This document shows, piece after piece, positions 1 to 11,222 of a stretch of DNA of 38,355 bases; position 1 is the stretch's first letter; the number at the start of each line of letters is the position of its first letter. The stretch is from the NCBI RefSeq assembly GCF_001194135.2, contig NC_068993.1:33503535-33541889 (forward strand), read 5' to 3'. The notes below the pieces were generated by a model, which saw only the letters and a program-made list of their open reading frames with translations, searched no databases and was not told where the DNA came from. A program made the translations under genes and the position numbers. The stretch is from Octopus bimaculoides. Lineage: Eukaryota.

Positions 1-340
1 CTAAAAGAAATGGAAAAGCTTTCAAAATACAAAGACCTGGAAATAGAGGTAACTCGAATGTGCAATCTAAAAACAGAAACAATTCCTATTATAGTAGGTG
101 CCTTAGGTATAATAAAAAAATATTCAGACAAATACATAACAAAAACACCAGGACTTACAAATATATATAACATACAGAAAATTGCACTACTGGGCACTGC
201 ACACATCCTACGCAAAACACTTTCAATACAGTAACCATAAGAGCACCACAGCAAACCACAGCACATACCCAAGGCGCACAGAGCTGCGCTCGGTAGTGAA
301 GTGAAAGCACGTTATAAAAATAAAACTACTGAATAATAAT
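1..340 (+). mobile_element. 3' end of an R4/Dong-like non-LTR retrotransposon (REL endonuclease C-terminus, 3' UTR, (TAA)n tail)
   Basis: ORF 10-234 reads EKLSKYKDLEIEVTRM..TIPIIVGALG..ALLGTAHILRK, the typical C-terminus of R4/Dong REL domains. The 3' UTR ends AAATAAAACTACTGAATAATAAT at 318-340. Confidence 0.85.
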
Positions 341-667
341 GCGAATATTTTAAACCTCCCTTAAAATAAAATAAGTTAGGAAACTTACATACCTTTTGGA
401 CACACAAACGATCAGCTTTAAGAAAGACCCTTTAATATCTACGACTACTGTATGAATACTTATCCTTTCCTCTCTCCCTTATATTCGAAAATGTAAACAT
501 CCTTTTCATTGTACAAGTCCCACTGTATTCTCCAAATGGATAGACAAACGAACGTCTCAAGAAAACTTAAAAATTTTAATATATTACCCAAATACATAAA
601 CTCACCTTTTATTTCAAAAACACAATTGAATTCAGAAATTCAAAAATTCAACGACGTGAATATCAGT

Positions 668-777
<110 letters not shown>

Positions 778-1019
778 ATTGTTTTTTCTACCAGTAATTA
801 CAAATAGAACAGGTTGAATTGCTTCTTTTCAAAGCAGCGCTCTTAGTGGTTAGTGGCCACTGGTATTAGTAAGCACATTTGAGCTCTGCTCACCCAAAAG
901 GCTCGAAAATTCCTTTGTGTCTATCGCTGACCTCCCCACCATCTGCCGAATCTATAGGATTAAATCTGTAGGATTTTATCTATTTACCAAACTGCCACTC
1001 AACTAGTTCCTCAAACAAT

Positions 1020-1275
1020 GGTAGTGGTGGTGATGGTGATAATGATAAAAATAAAAAAATAATAATATGCTGCAGCTGTTAATGCTAAATACTACTAATA
1101 CTACAATAATAATACTACAACTTGCAGAAAACAGCACAGGAATCTGAGGCCCAACTACCACCCTTACCACTACTCCCACCCCTACTACTGTTGCTGTTGC
1201 TGTTGCTGCAACCACTGCTGCTACTACACATAAAAAGAATAATATCAGTGATATCATTATTGATAATAATAATAA
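1020..1275. repeat. Mixed trinucleotide low-complexity tract (GGT/TAA/CTA/CTG)
   Basis: Runs of tagtggtggtgatgg, ctactacta, ctgttgctgttg and ataataataat. These account for ORFs 1003-1392 and 1122-1307. Confidence 0.85.
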
Positions 1276-4200
1276 TGAAAGGAAACGAGTGGGGCCTAAT
1301 GGGCTGATTAATAATGATACATCACAATTAAAACACTGGTAATTGCGCAACCTGATAATCGCCACCTCATATGAGTAACAATGAAAAAACAAAATATTGT
1401 GAATAACGGTGGTAATGAAACTGAAGCCATTGATGGTGACAATGTTACACCCGGTAGGCTCAGAGATACTCGTCCGGCTTCAGCCTGTCGATATCCAGAA
1501 AGGGACCACCACACACGGCGTAGATGGAGCAAGCAAATTAATGCTATGGTCATAAAGTGTTACCGCATGAGCAGCCCTGTAGATGAAAATGGTGCTCAAA
1601 TTAGGGGTTGTTTCAACTCACGAAACAGAGACTATGTGATCAAGCTAGAGCAATAAGAAAAAAATCGTTGGTTCACAGAAGTAGAAATTGAAGCTATCAA
1701 AAGACGGGTCATGGACAAGAGCAGCAGAGATAACAATGAAAATGCAGTTCTTACTAATAGGAGTAATTCCATAGCACAGGAAAGGAGCAGTGGTAGCTTA
1801 CTTGATAAGAGACATATAGATGTTCTAAAAGAAGACAATAAAACTAACGGCGATATGACAGATGAACAAAAGGCAATCTACGACAGAATAAAGGCAAGGC
1901 TACAAGAGAACGATAGCGACATTATTTGCAAACTTAAAGAGGTTGATCGATAGAAATTGAACCAAGAAACGAAAAATGTCAATGAAATTCTGAAATACAT
2001 CAGAACAAACATCACAGAAACAAATAATTTGATCAAGGCACAAGTATTATTTTAGCAGAAAACGTGGGTGTTGATGTCAAGAAAAAGAAATATAATGGGA
2101 GTGACAAAAGAAAAGATCCATGGTGGAAAAGAAGAATCCAGGCAGGGTTAGACATGCTCTCGAAGGAAATCTCTGTGTTAGACCGAAATGAGAAAGGGGA
2201 GCTTAAAAGCGAACAATAATACAGGGCACTGAAAAGGAAGTATAATACTGAAAGAAAGGGCCTGAAAGTAGTAATAAAGGAACTGAAACAGCGCCTCGTT
2301 GCAAAGAAAGCAAAGATAGTAAGATACGACCAAAGAATGAAGGGTTACCACCAGAATAGGTTAATCATAGTAGATCAGAAGAGATTCTATAAAGAAATAA
2401 ATGGAGAGTGTACAGATGAAGAGTTGATACCAGATAACATTGAAAATCAAAGGTTTTGGAGTGACATCTGGAGCAAAACAAGGAGCACAAGAAGGATGCT
2501 GAATGGTTGCAAGAACTGAAACAGTAGTCTGGCCAAAATAAGGCAGAATTAGTCATTCCAGTGAGGAAAGTGAAGGAAATCAGCAAAAAAATGAGCAACT
2601 GGAAGGCCCCGGGACCAGATGGAGTTCAAGGCTACTGGATCAAAAGATTTGGTGAATGTCATGCACGAATAGCTGCACAACTCAACACCTTGTTAAAGTA
2701 ACACCAGAGTGGTTGACATTGAGTAGGACAGTGCTGTGCTTGAAAAGCATCGAAAAAGGTAATACGGTAGACAATTACAGGCCGATATCCTGTTTGCCAC
2801 TTATGTGGAAGCTATTGACTGGAATACTCGCAGAGTCAATGTACGAGCATCTGGAAAAAATGAAGTCCTGCCACATGAGCAGAAGGGTTGCAAGCGTAAG
2901 TGCAGAGGTAGCAAGGATCAACTCCTGATAGACAAAACTGTACTTAGAGACTGCAAGAGGAGGAAAAGTAACTTAGCCAAGTCATGGATCGACTATCGTA
3001 AGGTGTACGATATGATCCCACATTCTTGGATTATGGTACTGCATCGAATGTTGAGCGATTGCTTGGAAAAGTATGGCGAATTTGAGGACGGACCTGACAG
3101 CATACGGAAGTAGCTTAGGGATAGTAGAAATTAGGAGGAGCATCTTCCAAGGGGACTGCTTGTCCCCACTGATCTTTGTACTGTGCTTGGTACCACTAAC
3201 ACTGATTCTGAGGAAAGCAAAAGCTGGGTATGTATTCAAAAGCCACCGACAAAATGTTATTCATGGATGACCTCAGTTCCCTCGTTGATACGGTGTATAC
3301 CTTCAGTGCTGATATCGGAATGGAGTTCATACTGAGAAAGTGTGGTGTATTCGTCTTGAAGAGAGGCAAAATCAAATGTATGGACGGGTTAACGATACCA
3401 TCAGGGGAGGTTATGAAGCAGATAGAAGAGACGGGCTATAAGTACTTGGGGATTTTGGAAATGGATAAATTGATAGAGAAAAAAATGACAGAAAAATTTA
3501 AGATGGAGTACTTGCGCAGACTGAGACTGATCCTTAAGTCGAAATTACATGGACGGAATAAGATCGAAGCTATCAACACTTGGGCGGTTTCAGTCCTTAG
3601 ATATGGAGCAGGGGTACTCGCATGGACAGTAGACGAACTAAACAGGTTAGACAGAAAGACGAGGAAGTTGCTAACTAGATATGGTTCACTCCACCCCAAA
3701 AGTGACACAGACAGGCTGTATGTACCAAGAAATAGAGGGGGAAGAGGACTTATTGGATGCGAACACAGCATTAGAGCAGAAGAAAACAACATATCATGGT
3801 ATGTAAAAAATGCCACAGAACCACTATTATTAGAAGTAAGAAGGTCAGGCTTGTGTAGGATGAAAGATCGTAAAGATAAAGCACTATACAAGAAATTGAA
3901 AACGAATGAAACTGAAAATAGGTGGGTAAAGAAAAGAATACGTGGTCAATTTCATAGGGATTTTGAAGATAAGACAGACAGAGAAAAAAGATGGCTGTGA
4001 ATGACTAAAATTGATTTAAAACCAGAAACGGAGGCCCTAATCTGTGCTACCCAAGACCAAGCACTAAGTACAAACTACATAAAATACAGAATAGACAACA
4101 CAGCAGAAAGTGATAAGTGCAGAATCTGTGGACAAAACGGTGTAACCGTATGACATATTACCAGCCAATGTACGCCACTAGCCCAGAAGGAATGTAAGAG

Positions 4201-4503
4201 ACGCCACGACAATATAGTCAGGCTTGTCCATTGGACACTTTGCAACAAGTATGAACTTGACAGAGCAAAACATAGGTACGAGCACAAACTTGAAGGCATC
4301 GTCGAAAATAGAAATGCAATGATCCTATGGGATTTTATGATTTAGTGGACCATAATTTAGAGAATAGGAAGCCGGACATAGTCTTAATTGATAAAGAAAA
4401 CAAACTATGCTGGATCATAGATATAGCATGCCAGCTAACAACAAGGTATGCGATAAGGAAAAAAGAAAAGTCGAGAGATATGACATGTTAGCTTGGGAAG
4501 TTA
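1276..4503 (+). mobile_element. Near full-length degenerate R4/Dong-clade non-LTR retrotransposon (N-terminal domain, RT, CCHC knuckle, REL endonuclease), 3'-truncated
   Basis: Ordered motifs across frameshifted ORFs: RRRWSKQINAMVIKCY..S.P (~1520-1580), NWKAPGPDGVQGYWIK (2597-2644), [53 protein letters not shown] (3142-3168), LFMDD (~3260), YKYLG, CRICG..H..SQC (4118-4171), RRHD, RKPDIVLID..DIAC (4367-4432), EKVERY. It begins immediately after a (TAA)n run. Confidence 0.93.
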
Positions 4504-4504
4504 A

Positions 4505-5299
4505 GCATATATAGATATAGCTTATCATTGTTATACATCTAATAAGCCGGCTTGATAACTTTTGTTATTTCAGATTGAAAGAGACGGTTTTACCAGCACT
4601 TTGAACACACCTTACAAAACTCTGCTTGTCACAGCTGATTAGTTTGTAGAATGCAGCTGGGACGTGAACACAATTTGGAAGCTCGCTATGCAACAGAGTT
4701 TTGTTAAGCTGAACGAAAACGCAAAAGAAACTTATGAAAGGCTTCGGACTGTTTATGGACTAACTTGTATGTGTCAAGCGTCTGTTTTTCGCTGCCGTAA
4801 GAGGTCACCGAGAAGGTCATGATGATTCTCTTTTCCTACAGCAAGGGCATCATCTATGACCACTGAGTTCGCTCTGACCAAACAATCAACAAAGAGTACA
4901 TTGTGGTGGTTTTAGCGGAGCCCAGGAGGAAATTTCATCGCAAAAGACTTGAATACTTGTAGCAGGACAGTGCATTATTCCATAATTCTATCCTGATAAC
5001 TAATTACTAGAAAACTGGGCATCAGAACTATCATTCATCCTCCCCACAGTTCAGATCTTGCTCCCTATGACTTTTAGTTGTTACCTAAGCTGAAGAAGAA
5101 GTAGGAGACTGTAACAAAGTTCTGGACATCTTCTCTTTGGAGTACTTCCATGGGGCCTTCACGAAGTAACAGGAGCGCTGCAACTAGTGCATTAATGTAA
5201 AAAGATCCTCCTTTGAAGGAGATTAGATTTTTGTACATCTTTGAAATTAATAAATGTCTCTCCTGAAAAAAGTCTCAAAACTTCTAGAGTGCACCCCGT
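4505..5299 (+). mobile_element. Internally deleted Tc1/mariner (mariner-type) remnant
   Basis: From 4651: MQLGREHNLEARYA..KLNENAKETYERLRTVYG..QASVFR (N-terminal HTH). Then QTINKEY (~4880) and HPPHSSDLAPYDF*LLPKLKK (~5035-5100, the YSPDLAP motif). A TIR-like right end AAAACTTCTAGAGTGCACCCCG lies at ~5277-5298; no left TIR found. Confidence 0.8.
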
Positions 5300-5977
5300 G
5301 TGTATGCGTGTTTGTTTGAATATATTCGATGAGTAAGAAACATGTTTATTCTCAGTTTATTCGCTCTTTCTATCAATGCATGTGCATCTGTATTTCCCTG
5401 CATATTTATGTTGGTGTAAACATGTATGGATGTATATATTTATGTGTGAATGTCATTGTCTAAACTACTACATACGGAAGTGAGTGCACATGTGCGTACG
5501 CATGTGTATATATGTGCATAACCGTATATGTATGTGCCTCTCTATGTTTAAGCATGCGGATTTGTAATAACCAAATAATGAAATACAGAAGCGACAGGCA
5601 GTAGTAATAGTTATAGGAGATATAAAACTAGGTTATATAGACTACTTTCTTGACGTTTATATCCCTATTAAAGAATAATTCCTTTTGATGTTCGCCGGCG
5701 AAAAGGAGTAGCAAATAATTTTTGTAATTAATAAATATATTTGCTTAAAAGTTATCCAATTCTTTTGATCGGATCACGCAAACGAGATCAGAAAACAAAG
5801 TCTGGGTCAACTTTAATGAATTGGTCTTTGCTGCTACACAACCTTAAACTGAATTTACACTTCCTTCACAGATTAAGTTTCCGCCATTGAAACTAGAGCC
5901 TTTGTGTTCAAAATATTCCACAAAAGTTGCCTAAAAACCAGGCTTTAGTTAATCAATAGACTGACTTAAGGCAAATC

Positions 5978-6257
5978 TACATACATACATACATACATAC
6001 ATACATACATACACACATATACAGGAAATACATGTATGTTATATATGTGTATGTGTGAGTGTGCGTATATATTTGTATGTTAATTGTATTACACACTAAT
6101 GGTTTCAGATACGTACACCCAGATACATGCGCGCACACAAACAATACAAACATTGATATATTAATGTATTGATGTATTATATGTATGTATATATGTATAT
6201 GTATGTGTGTGTATGTGTATGCGTGTGTGTGTCTGTGCGATTGCATGTGCCTATGTT

Positions 6258-6315
<58 letters not shown>

Positions 6316-6316
6316 T
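5978..6316. repeat. Compound (TACA)n/(TG)n/(TA)n/(CA)n microsatellite
   Basis: Seen directly. Confidence 0.95.
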
Positions 6317-6734
6317 ATGAAGAGAAATTAACTGAGTGAGAGTGAGAGAGTGAAAGATAAAAGAGACTACTTAGGAAATAGAAAAATATTAAATCGTTAG
6401 CTACTAATACAGGTGGAATTTTCAGGTTTTTGAACAAACCGGCTTATCTAGAATTAAAGACACTCATTCAACATCTAACCTTTTCACTGATACTACAGTA
6501 TATGTGTGTGTCTGTGTATGCATGTATCGACTTGGGTGAATCCCGTTGGTGGTTCTTTAATTCAGACATTGTTTAAATCACGGATTGAGTTGTGTGTCTT
6601 GTAGTTCTTCAGAATGTGTAAATGGCCGTGGAGCAGGTTCAATACTGAAAGAAGGGGGAAGGGGATTTTGTTAGTGTTTATTTATCCCACGTACTCGCAC
6701 CCAAAACATATCAGTGCAAGAGAGGGAGTAAACA

Positions 6735-6775
6735 CAAACACACACACACACACTCTCTCTCTCTCTCTCTCTCAC

Positions 6776-6841
<66 letters not shown>

Positions 6842-6942
6842 GCAATAGTAGAAGACACATGCCTAAGGTGTGGCACAGTACGAGGGGTCCCGAAACCACT
6901 TGGCTGCAAGGCAAGCTTCCTAACCACACAACAATGCCTGCA
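6735..6942 (-). mobile_element. 5' part of a tRNA-derived SINE (family A) with adjacent (CA)n/(CT)n tract
   Basis: 6843-6940 (gtagaagacacatgcctaaggtgtggcacagt..ccgaaacc..aagcttcctaaccacac) matches the heads at 18660-18743, 35190-35270 and 36885-36975 in this window. Confidence 0.7.
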
Positions 6943-6967
6943 GCTGTATGTATGTATGTATGTGTTG

Positions 6968-7953
6968 TGTTGTGTCTCGTTGTCACTGTTGTGTCCTTTG
7001 ATCTCATTGTATATGCCACTTTATAACGTGGACGTATAACAAGGTTATAACAATACAAATATCAATCAGAAACAACACGTAACAAACAATATCTCTTCTC
7101 AACGACTTCTACGACTGTCTTCACAAAGCGCCTGTACACACTACACTGTCCCCCACTGACAATGCGCATGCACCTTTATACGGTTTAGAACAGTTGACTT
7201 GCTATCCCACAGAGGTGTCAGGATTTCACTACATCTCCCCTTTTTGCGCTTGGTTTTTATTGGAAGCCAATAATTTTCTTTTCTTTATTTTCTTTATTAC
7301 CATCTCCCCCATTTTTTTGCAATTCCCTTGGAAGAAATCGGAATATTCTTTTCGTTTTTGGTCTACTTGCAAAAGTTCAGTTTGCTTTCTTTTTCTAGTC
7401 GTTGTACTCATTGGTTCGATTATTCCTTGAGGTATCGGGACATCAAAAATGTCATAAAGAAATTCCATTGGCTCTTCATGTCTTATTCTTTCTTTCGTAA
7501 ACCTTTTTTCCAATTGGTTTAGATGTCTCTTGTGTTCCCACGTATGACCTTTTACCAAGTACATTATTTTTCCTAAACGTTTACGTATTATACCTTCTTC
7601 CCAATTTTCCTTTCTGCTTCTGTATATTTAAAAAAAAATCCCTTGTCACCGATTTTGAAGTATTTCATTTCATCTTCGTCGCCGCTGTTGTGTCTCGTTG
7701 ACACTGTTATGTCCTTCGTTGAACTCACTGTATATGCCACTTTATAAGGTGGACGTATAACAAGGTTACAACACTATAAATATCAATCAGAAACAACACG
7801 TAACAATCAATATCTCTTCTCAACGTCTTCTACGACTGTCTTCACAAAGCGCCTGTACACACCACACTGTCTTCCACTGACAGTGCGCATGCGCCTTTAT
7901 ACGGTTTAGGACAGTCGACATGCTATCCAACAGGGTGTCAGGATTTCACTACA
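6968..7953 (-). mobile_element. Non-autonomous Gypsy/Ty3 LTR element (TRIM-like deletion derivative)
   Basis: Two direct repeats, 6968-7233 and 7686-7953, about 90% identical by eye, each TG...CA. PBS-like GCGGCGACGAAGATG at 7685-7671 and PPT AAAAAGGGGAGA at 7245-7234 on the minus strand. The internal ~450 bp encodes an integrase C-terminal-like piece. Confidence 0.9.
7234..7660 (-). pseudogene. Gypsy integrase C-terminal fragment
   Basis: FKIGDK..NWEEGIIRKRLGKIMYLVKGHTWEHKRHLNQL..EEPMEFLYDIFDVPIP..RKRK, with a frameshift near 7610. Resembles the post-catalytic tail of Gypsy polyproteins. Confidence 0.75.
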
Positions 7954-8027
7954 GCACTACGTTTGTATGTATGCATGTATGTATGTATGTATGTATGCAT
8001 GCTTCCATGTATGTGCGTTATATATCT

Positions 8028-8590
8028 CATTGGTTCTCAACCGAGATCCATATGATCCCTAGGGGGCTCATACACGCAATATAGTAAATTGGGACCTACA
8101 GTAGTATTTTAACAGTTCGGCATTCAGATAACTCCGTCAAATGTAATGCTTATTTATTCACATTGTTTGGAATTAATCAGGCATTATATCGCAGCTTCAA
8201 GATTTCGATAATGTGTATGTTTAACTTTAGAACGACATTGTGGGGTAGGTGTGAGAGACCAAATTTCGCCAGCTTGAATATGAAACAGGTGGAATATTTG
8301 GGTTGTATACATTTCTAGTTTAATTGCAAAAGGGTAAAGAGTCTCTGAACAAATTTTACTTGGGTGTATTTATTGCGGCCAAGTTTCTTTCTCTAAATGG
8401 CCACCAAAAACATTTTCCCTCAAAGAGTGCTATTACAAACCTACACAAATGAATGGGTGTAAAACAAAATACTTATTTTGAAAGAAGTTTCTATAAAACT
8501 AGTTGCTAAACATCGAATGACTATGCAGGTCCACTAGAGTTAAAGAGTTATTAAAGGGGCCCATTGATAAAAACTGGTTGGGAACCACTG
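8028..8590. mobile_element. Non-autonomous hAT MITE (Charlie-type TIR)
   Basis: TIRs CATTGGTTCTCAACC (8028-8042) and GGTTGGGAACCACTG (8576-8590). Flanking 8-mers ATATATCT and GCATATCT (6/8 match) fit a decayed 8-bp TSD. Confidence 0.8.
8109..8338. mobile_element. piggyBac-like MITE nested in the hAT MITE
   Basis: Starts TTAACAGTTCGGCATT and ends AATTGCAAAAGGGTAAA, consistent with decayed TTAACCCTTTAGCATT-type TIRs. The ~230-bp body resembles an abundant octopus repeat I recognise from memory. Confidence 0.65.
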
Positions 8591-8599
8591 GCATATCTA

Positions 8600-8830
8600 T
8601 ATAAATAGAAGGTCTTACAGCTGTTTCCAGGATATTTATTATATCCCTTCATCGGACATGGTGTGAGAGGATTGTTAAGCAATAATTAATTTAGATAAGA
8701 TAGGAAATAGAGAGTGAATGCAGGGATATTTTATTTGTAAAAGAATATAATATGTGGAATTTCTAATGTGCTCTTGGTAGGAAAATTTCTAAAACATTAA
8801 AGGTATTTAGACATTTAATAAGACCGATTA
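8600..8830 (-). mobile_element. Penelope-like element terminal repeat with hammerhead-like motif
   Basis: Minus strand reads gtcCGATGA-agggatat-aataa-atatcct-g-GAAA-CAGCTG-TA-agacc: a PLE-type terminal motif with palindrome ACAGCTGT. Confidence 0.55.
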
Positions 8831-8844
8831 TATATTATGTTATT

Positions 8845-8894
8845 TTATAATATAATATAATATAATATAATATAATATAATATAATATAATATA

Positions 8895-8933
<39 letters not shown>

Positions 8934-9020
8934 TNNNNNNNNNNNNNNNNNNNNNNNNNNNNNNNNNNNNNNNNNNATAATATAATATAATATAATATAA
9001 TATATATATATATATATATG
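8845..9020. repeat. (TAATA)n and (TA)n microsatellite spanning an N gap
   Basis: Seen directly. Confidence 0.95.
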
Positions 9021-9833
9021 TATGTATGCAGATTTGTATGTTTTATTTTATTTATGTATTCTCATGCATATAGTTGCAAGTAGCCAGGGAAATAGGTAAA
9101 CAGTAAAGAAAATACATTGGCAGAGAGATACATAGGTACAAAGATAAATGCACATTAACACACACACATATATACATATATGTATAATATGCATTATACA
9201 TACATACTCACACATGAAGTAACAGAAATTGCCGAAACTGACGTGAGTATAAGGGATTCTTGATAGGTGGTCGTCTTTGACGATTATAGTCCCTACTAGT
9301 AATAATGTGCTTTGACTACAGCATTACAGCATTTAAGCTCTAATTTCTAGCAATATAGGTGTTTCTAACACCCTTATATATATANNNNNNNNNNNNNNNN
9401 NNNNNNNNNNNNNNNNNNNNNNNNNNNNNNNNNNNNNNNNNNNNNNNNNNNNNNNNNNNNNNNNNNNNNNNNNNNNNNNNNNNNNNNNNNNNNNNNNNNN
9501 NNNNNNNNNNNNNNNNNNNNNNNNNNNNNNNNNNNNNNNNNNNNNNNNNNNNNNNNNNNNNNNNNNNNNNNNNNNNNNNNNNNNNNNNNNNNNNNNNNNN
9601 NNNNNNNNNNNNNNNNNNNNNNNNNNNNNNNNNNNNNNNNNNNNNNNNNNNNNNNNNNNNNNNNNNNNNNNNNNNNNNNNNNNNNNNNNNNNNNNNNNNC
9701 AAGTAAACACTATGATATCGCTAGAACAAGGTATGGCTTTATCCGATGGCAGAGCTCGTGCTTAATCGGAAAAACTTTCATTTGTAGTGTCACAACAGAA
9801 AGCGAGCGATACATGACTACGACGATCATAAAC

Positions 9834-9898
<65 letters not shown>

Positions 9899-10048
9899 TT
9901 TAAATAAAATATTTATGCAATTCTATCAGAAGTAATCCCGAGGCTTTGTCTCAAAAGGTAAACCTGTCTATCATCAGTTAGAACTAATATGGCCCGAGAC
10001 CATACAGCTTGCTGTTTAGCTCAATGAAATGTTTATGTATCTACATAC

Positions 10049-10128
10049 CAAAGCTCAGATGAACGCAGCTCCATAATTATAGACATGTTATTGCGAGCCA
10101 TCAGTTCATTTGATTTCAATGTCTGCTG
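10049..10128 (-). other. Candidate 80-nt exon (unverified)
   Basis: Acceptor tcctcttag|cagcag, donor ttg|gtatgt. One open frame, QQTLKSNELMARNNMSIIMELRSSEL. No homology recognised. Confidence 0.25.
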
Positions 10129-10573
10129 CTAAGAGGATTACAGAATATAGCGAATGATCCTTTTACGTCATTGGGGTCAAGGCTGATTCGTCTTATGATC
10201 TCTTTCCTGGCTTTAATTATGACATGTGCGTGTGTGTATTTTTGTGTGTTTGTGTGTATATGTTTGTGATTGCGTGTGTGCCTCTGTAAGCATACAACAC
10301 CCTTTCCTTATATATTCCATTTCATTATTCATATTTCAGTTTGTAAGTTGTCGAAAATTCTATATTCGAGTAGTTGTATAAAATAAAATTAACGTAAAGA
10401 AGAATTAAATCTACTCTCTAGCGATATGCCAAATGAACGTCACACAAATACAAAAACACCCATGCATACATACGCACGTGCATACATACATACATACATA
10501 CATACATACATACATACATACATACAAACAAACACACATGCATACATGCATACATATATATCAACTTTAAGCA

Positions 10574-10632
<59 letters not shown>

Positions 10633-10719
10633 GTGTGTATGTGCTCATGCGCGCGCGTGTGTGTCAGTAGATATAATGTTTTGATTTTGGTAAATCGGAT
10701 TATTTCTTTCTACATTACA

Positions 10720-11222
10720 GTAGCGTGTGGTTGACATTAGGTGTAATGAAGAGTTAGTCTCAAATAATGAAAGCAAATTGTTGTTTAGGCCATTGAATGG
10801 TGGCTGGTACCTTTCACTTGGCCGTATGGTTATTGACCCCGTTGGTTAGGTGATTATCGGGGATTTGCTGTGTTGTTATGACGTCTGTTCGATTTCACTT
10901 TGCCTCAGAGATAGCCACGTGGGTATTCTGTTGTCGATAGATATCAACACACAATGTCGTTTTATGGTTAATTATGTAGTGCCAGTGTTGTTCATGGTGC
11001 TCATTCTTTTCGAAAGACTCTCCTTTAAGGTTAATCACATAATCAGTATATGGCGGCAAGTTGAGATTATTTCGGATCTTTAATTTAAGATTGAGACGAG
11101 TAACGGATGGTATTTAGTATACTGGGCAATATTTGAGGGATTTTTTGATCTTGCACATCACGCATTAAGATTTCTGTGAAAAGTGACCCACTGTGTTTTT
11201 GAATCAAGTTTATCAAAAAATA
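10720..11222 (-). mobile_element. Penelope-like element 3' fragment (GIY-YIG C-terminal tail and UTR)
   Basis: Minus-strand frame QWVTFHRNLNA*CARSKNPSNIAQYTKYHP..ILN*RSEIISTCRH resembles the LNKRSELISKCRH-type C-terminus of Penelope ORFs. Confidence 0.65.

Noticed and set aside
360-665. Possible Penelope GIY-YIG tail remnant (RKLK..KY)
   Set aside because: Similarity is too weak to support by eye, and no terminal motif was found.
5780-5935. Protein-like plus-strand frame (ENKVWVNFNELVF..IKFPPLKLEPLC)
   Set aside because: Interrupted by a stop and not assignable to any family.
9225-9305. Segment loosely resembling the 25981-26060 arm (taagggattcttgataggtggtcg)
   Set aside because: Only short patchy matches; cannot be separated from chance without an alignment tool.
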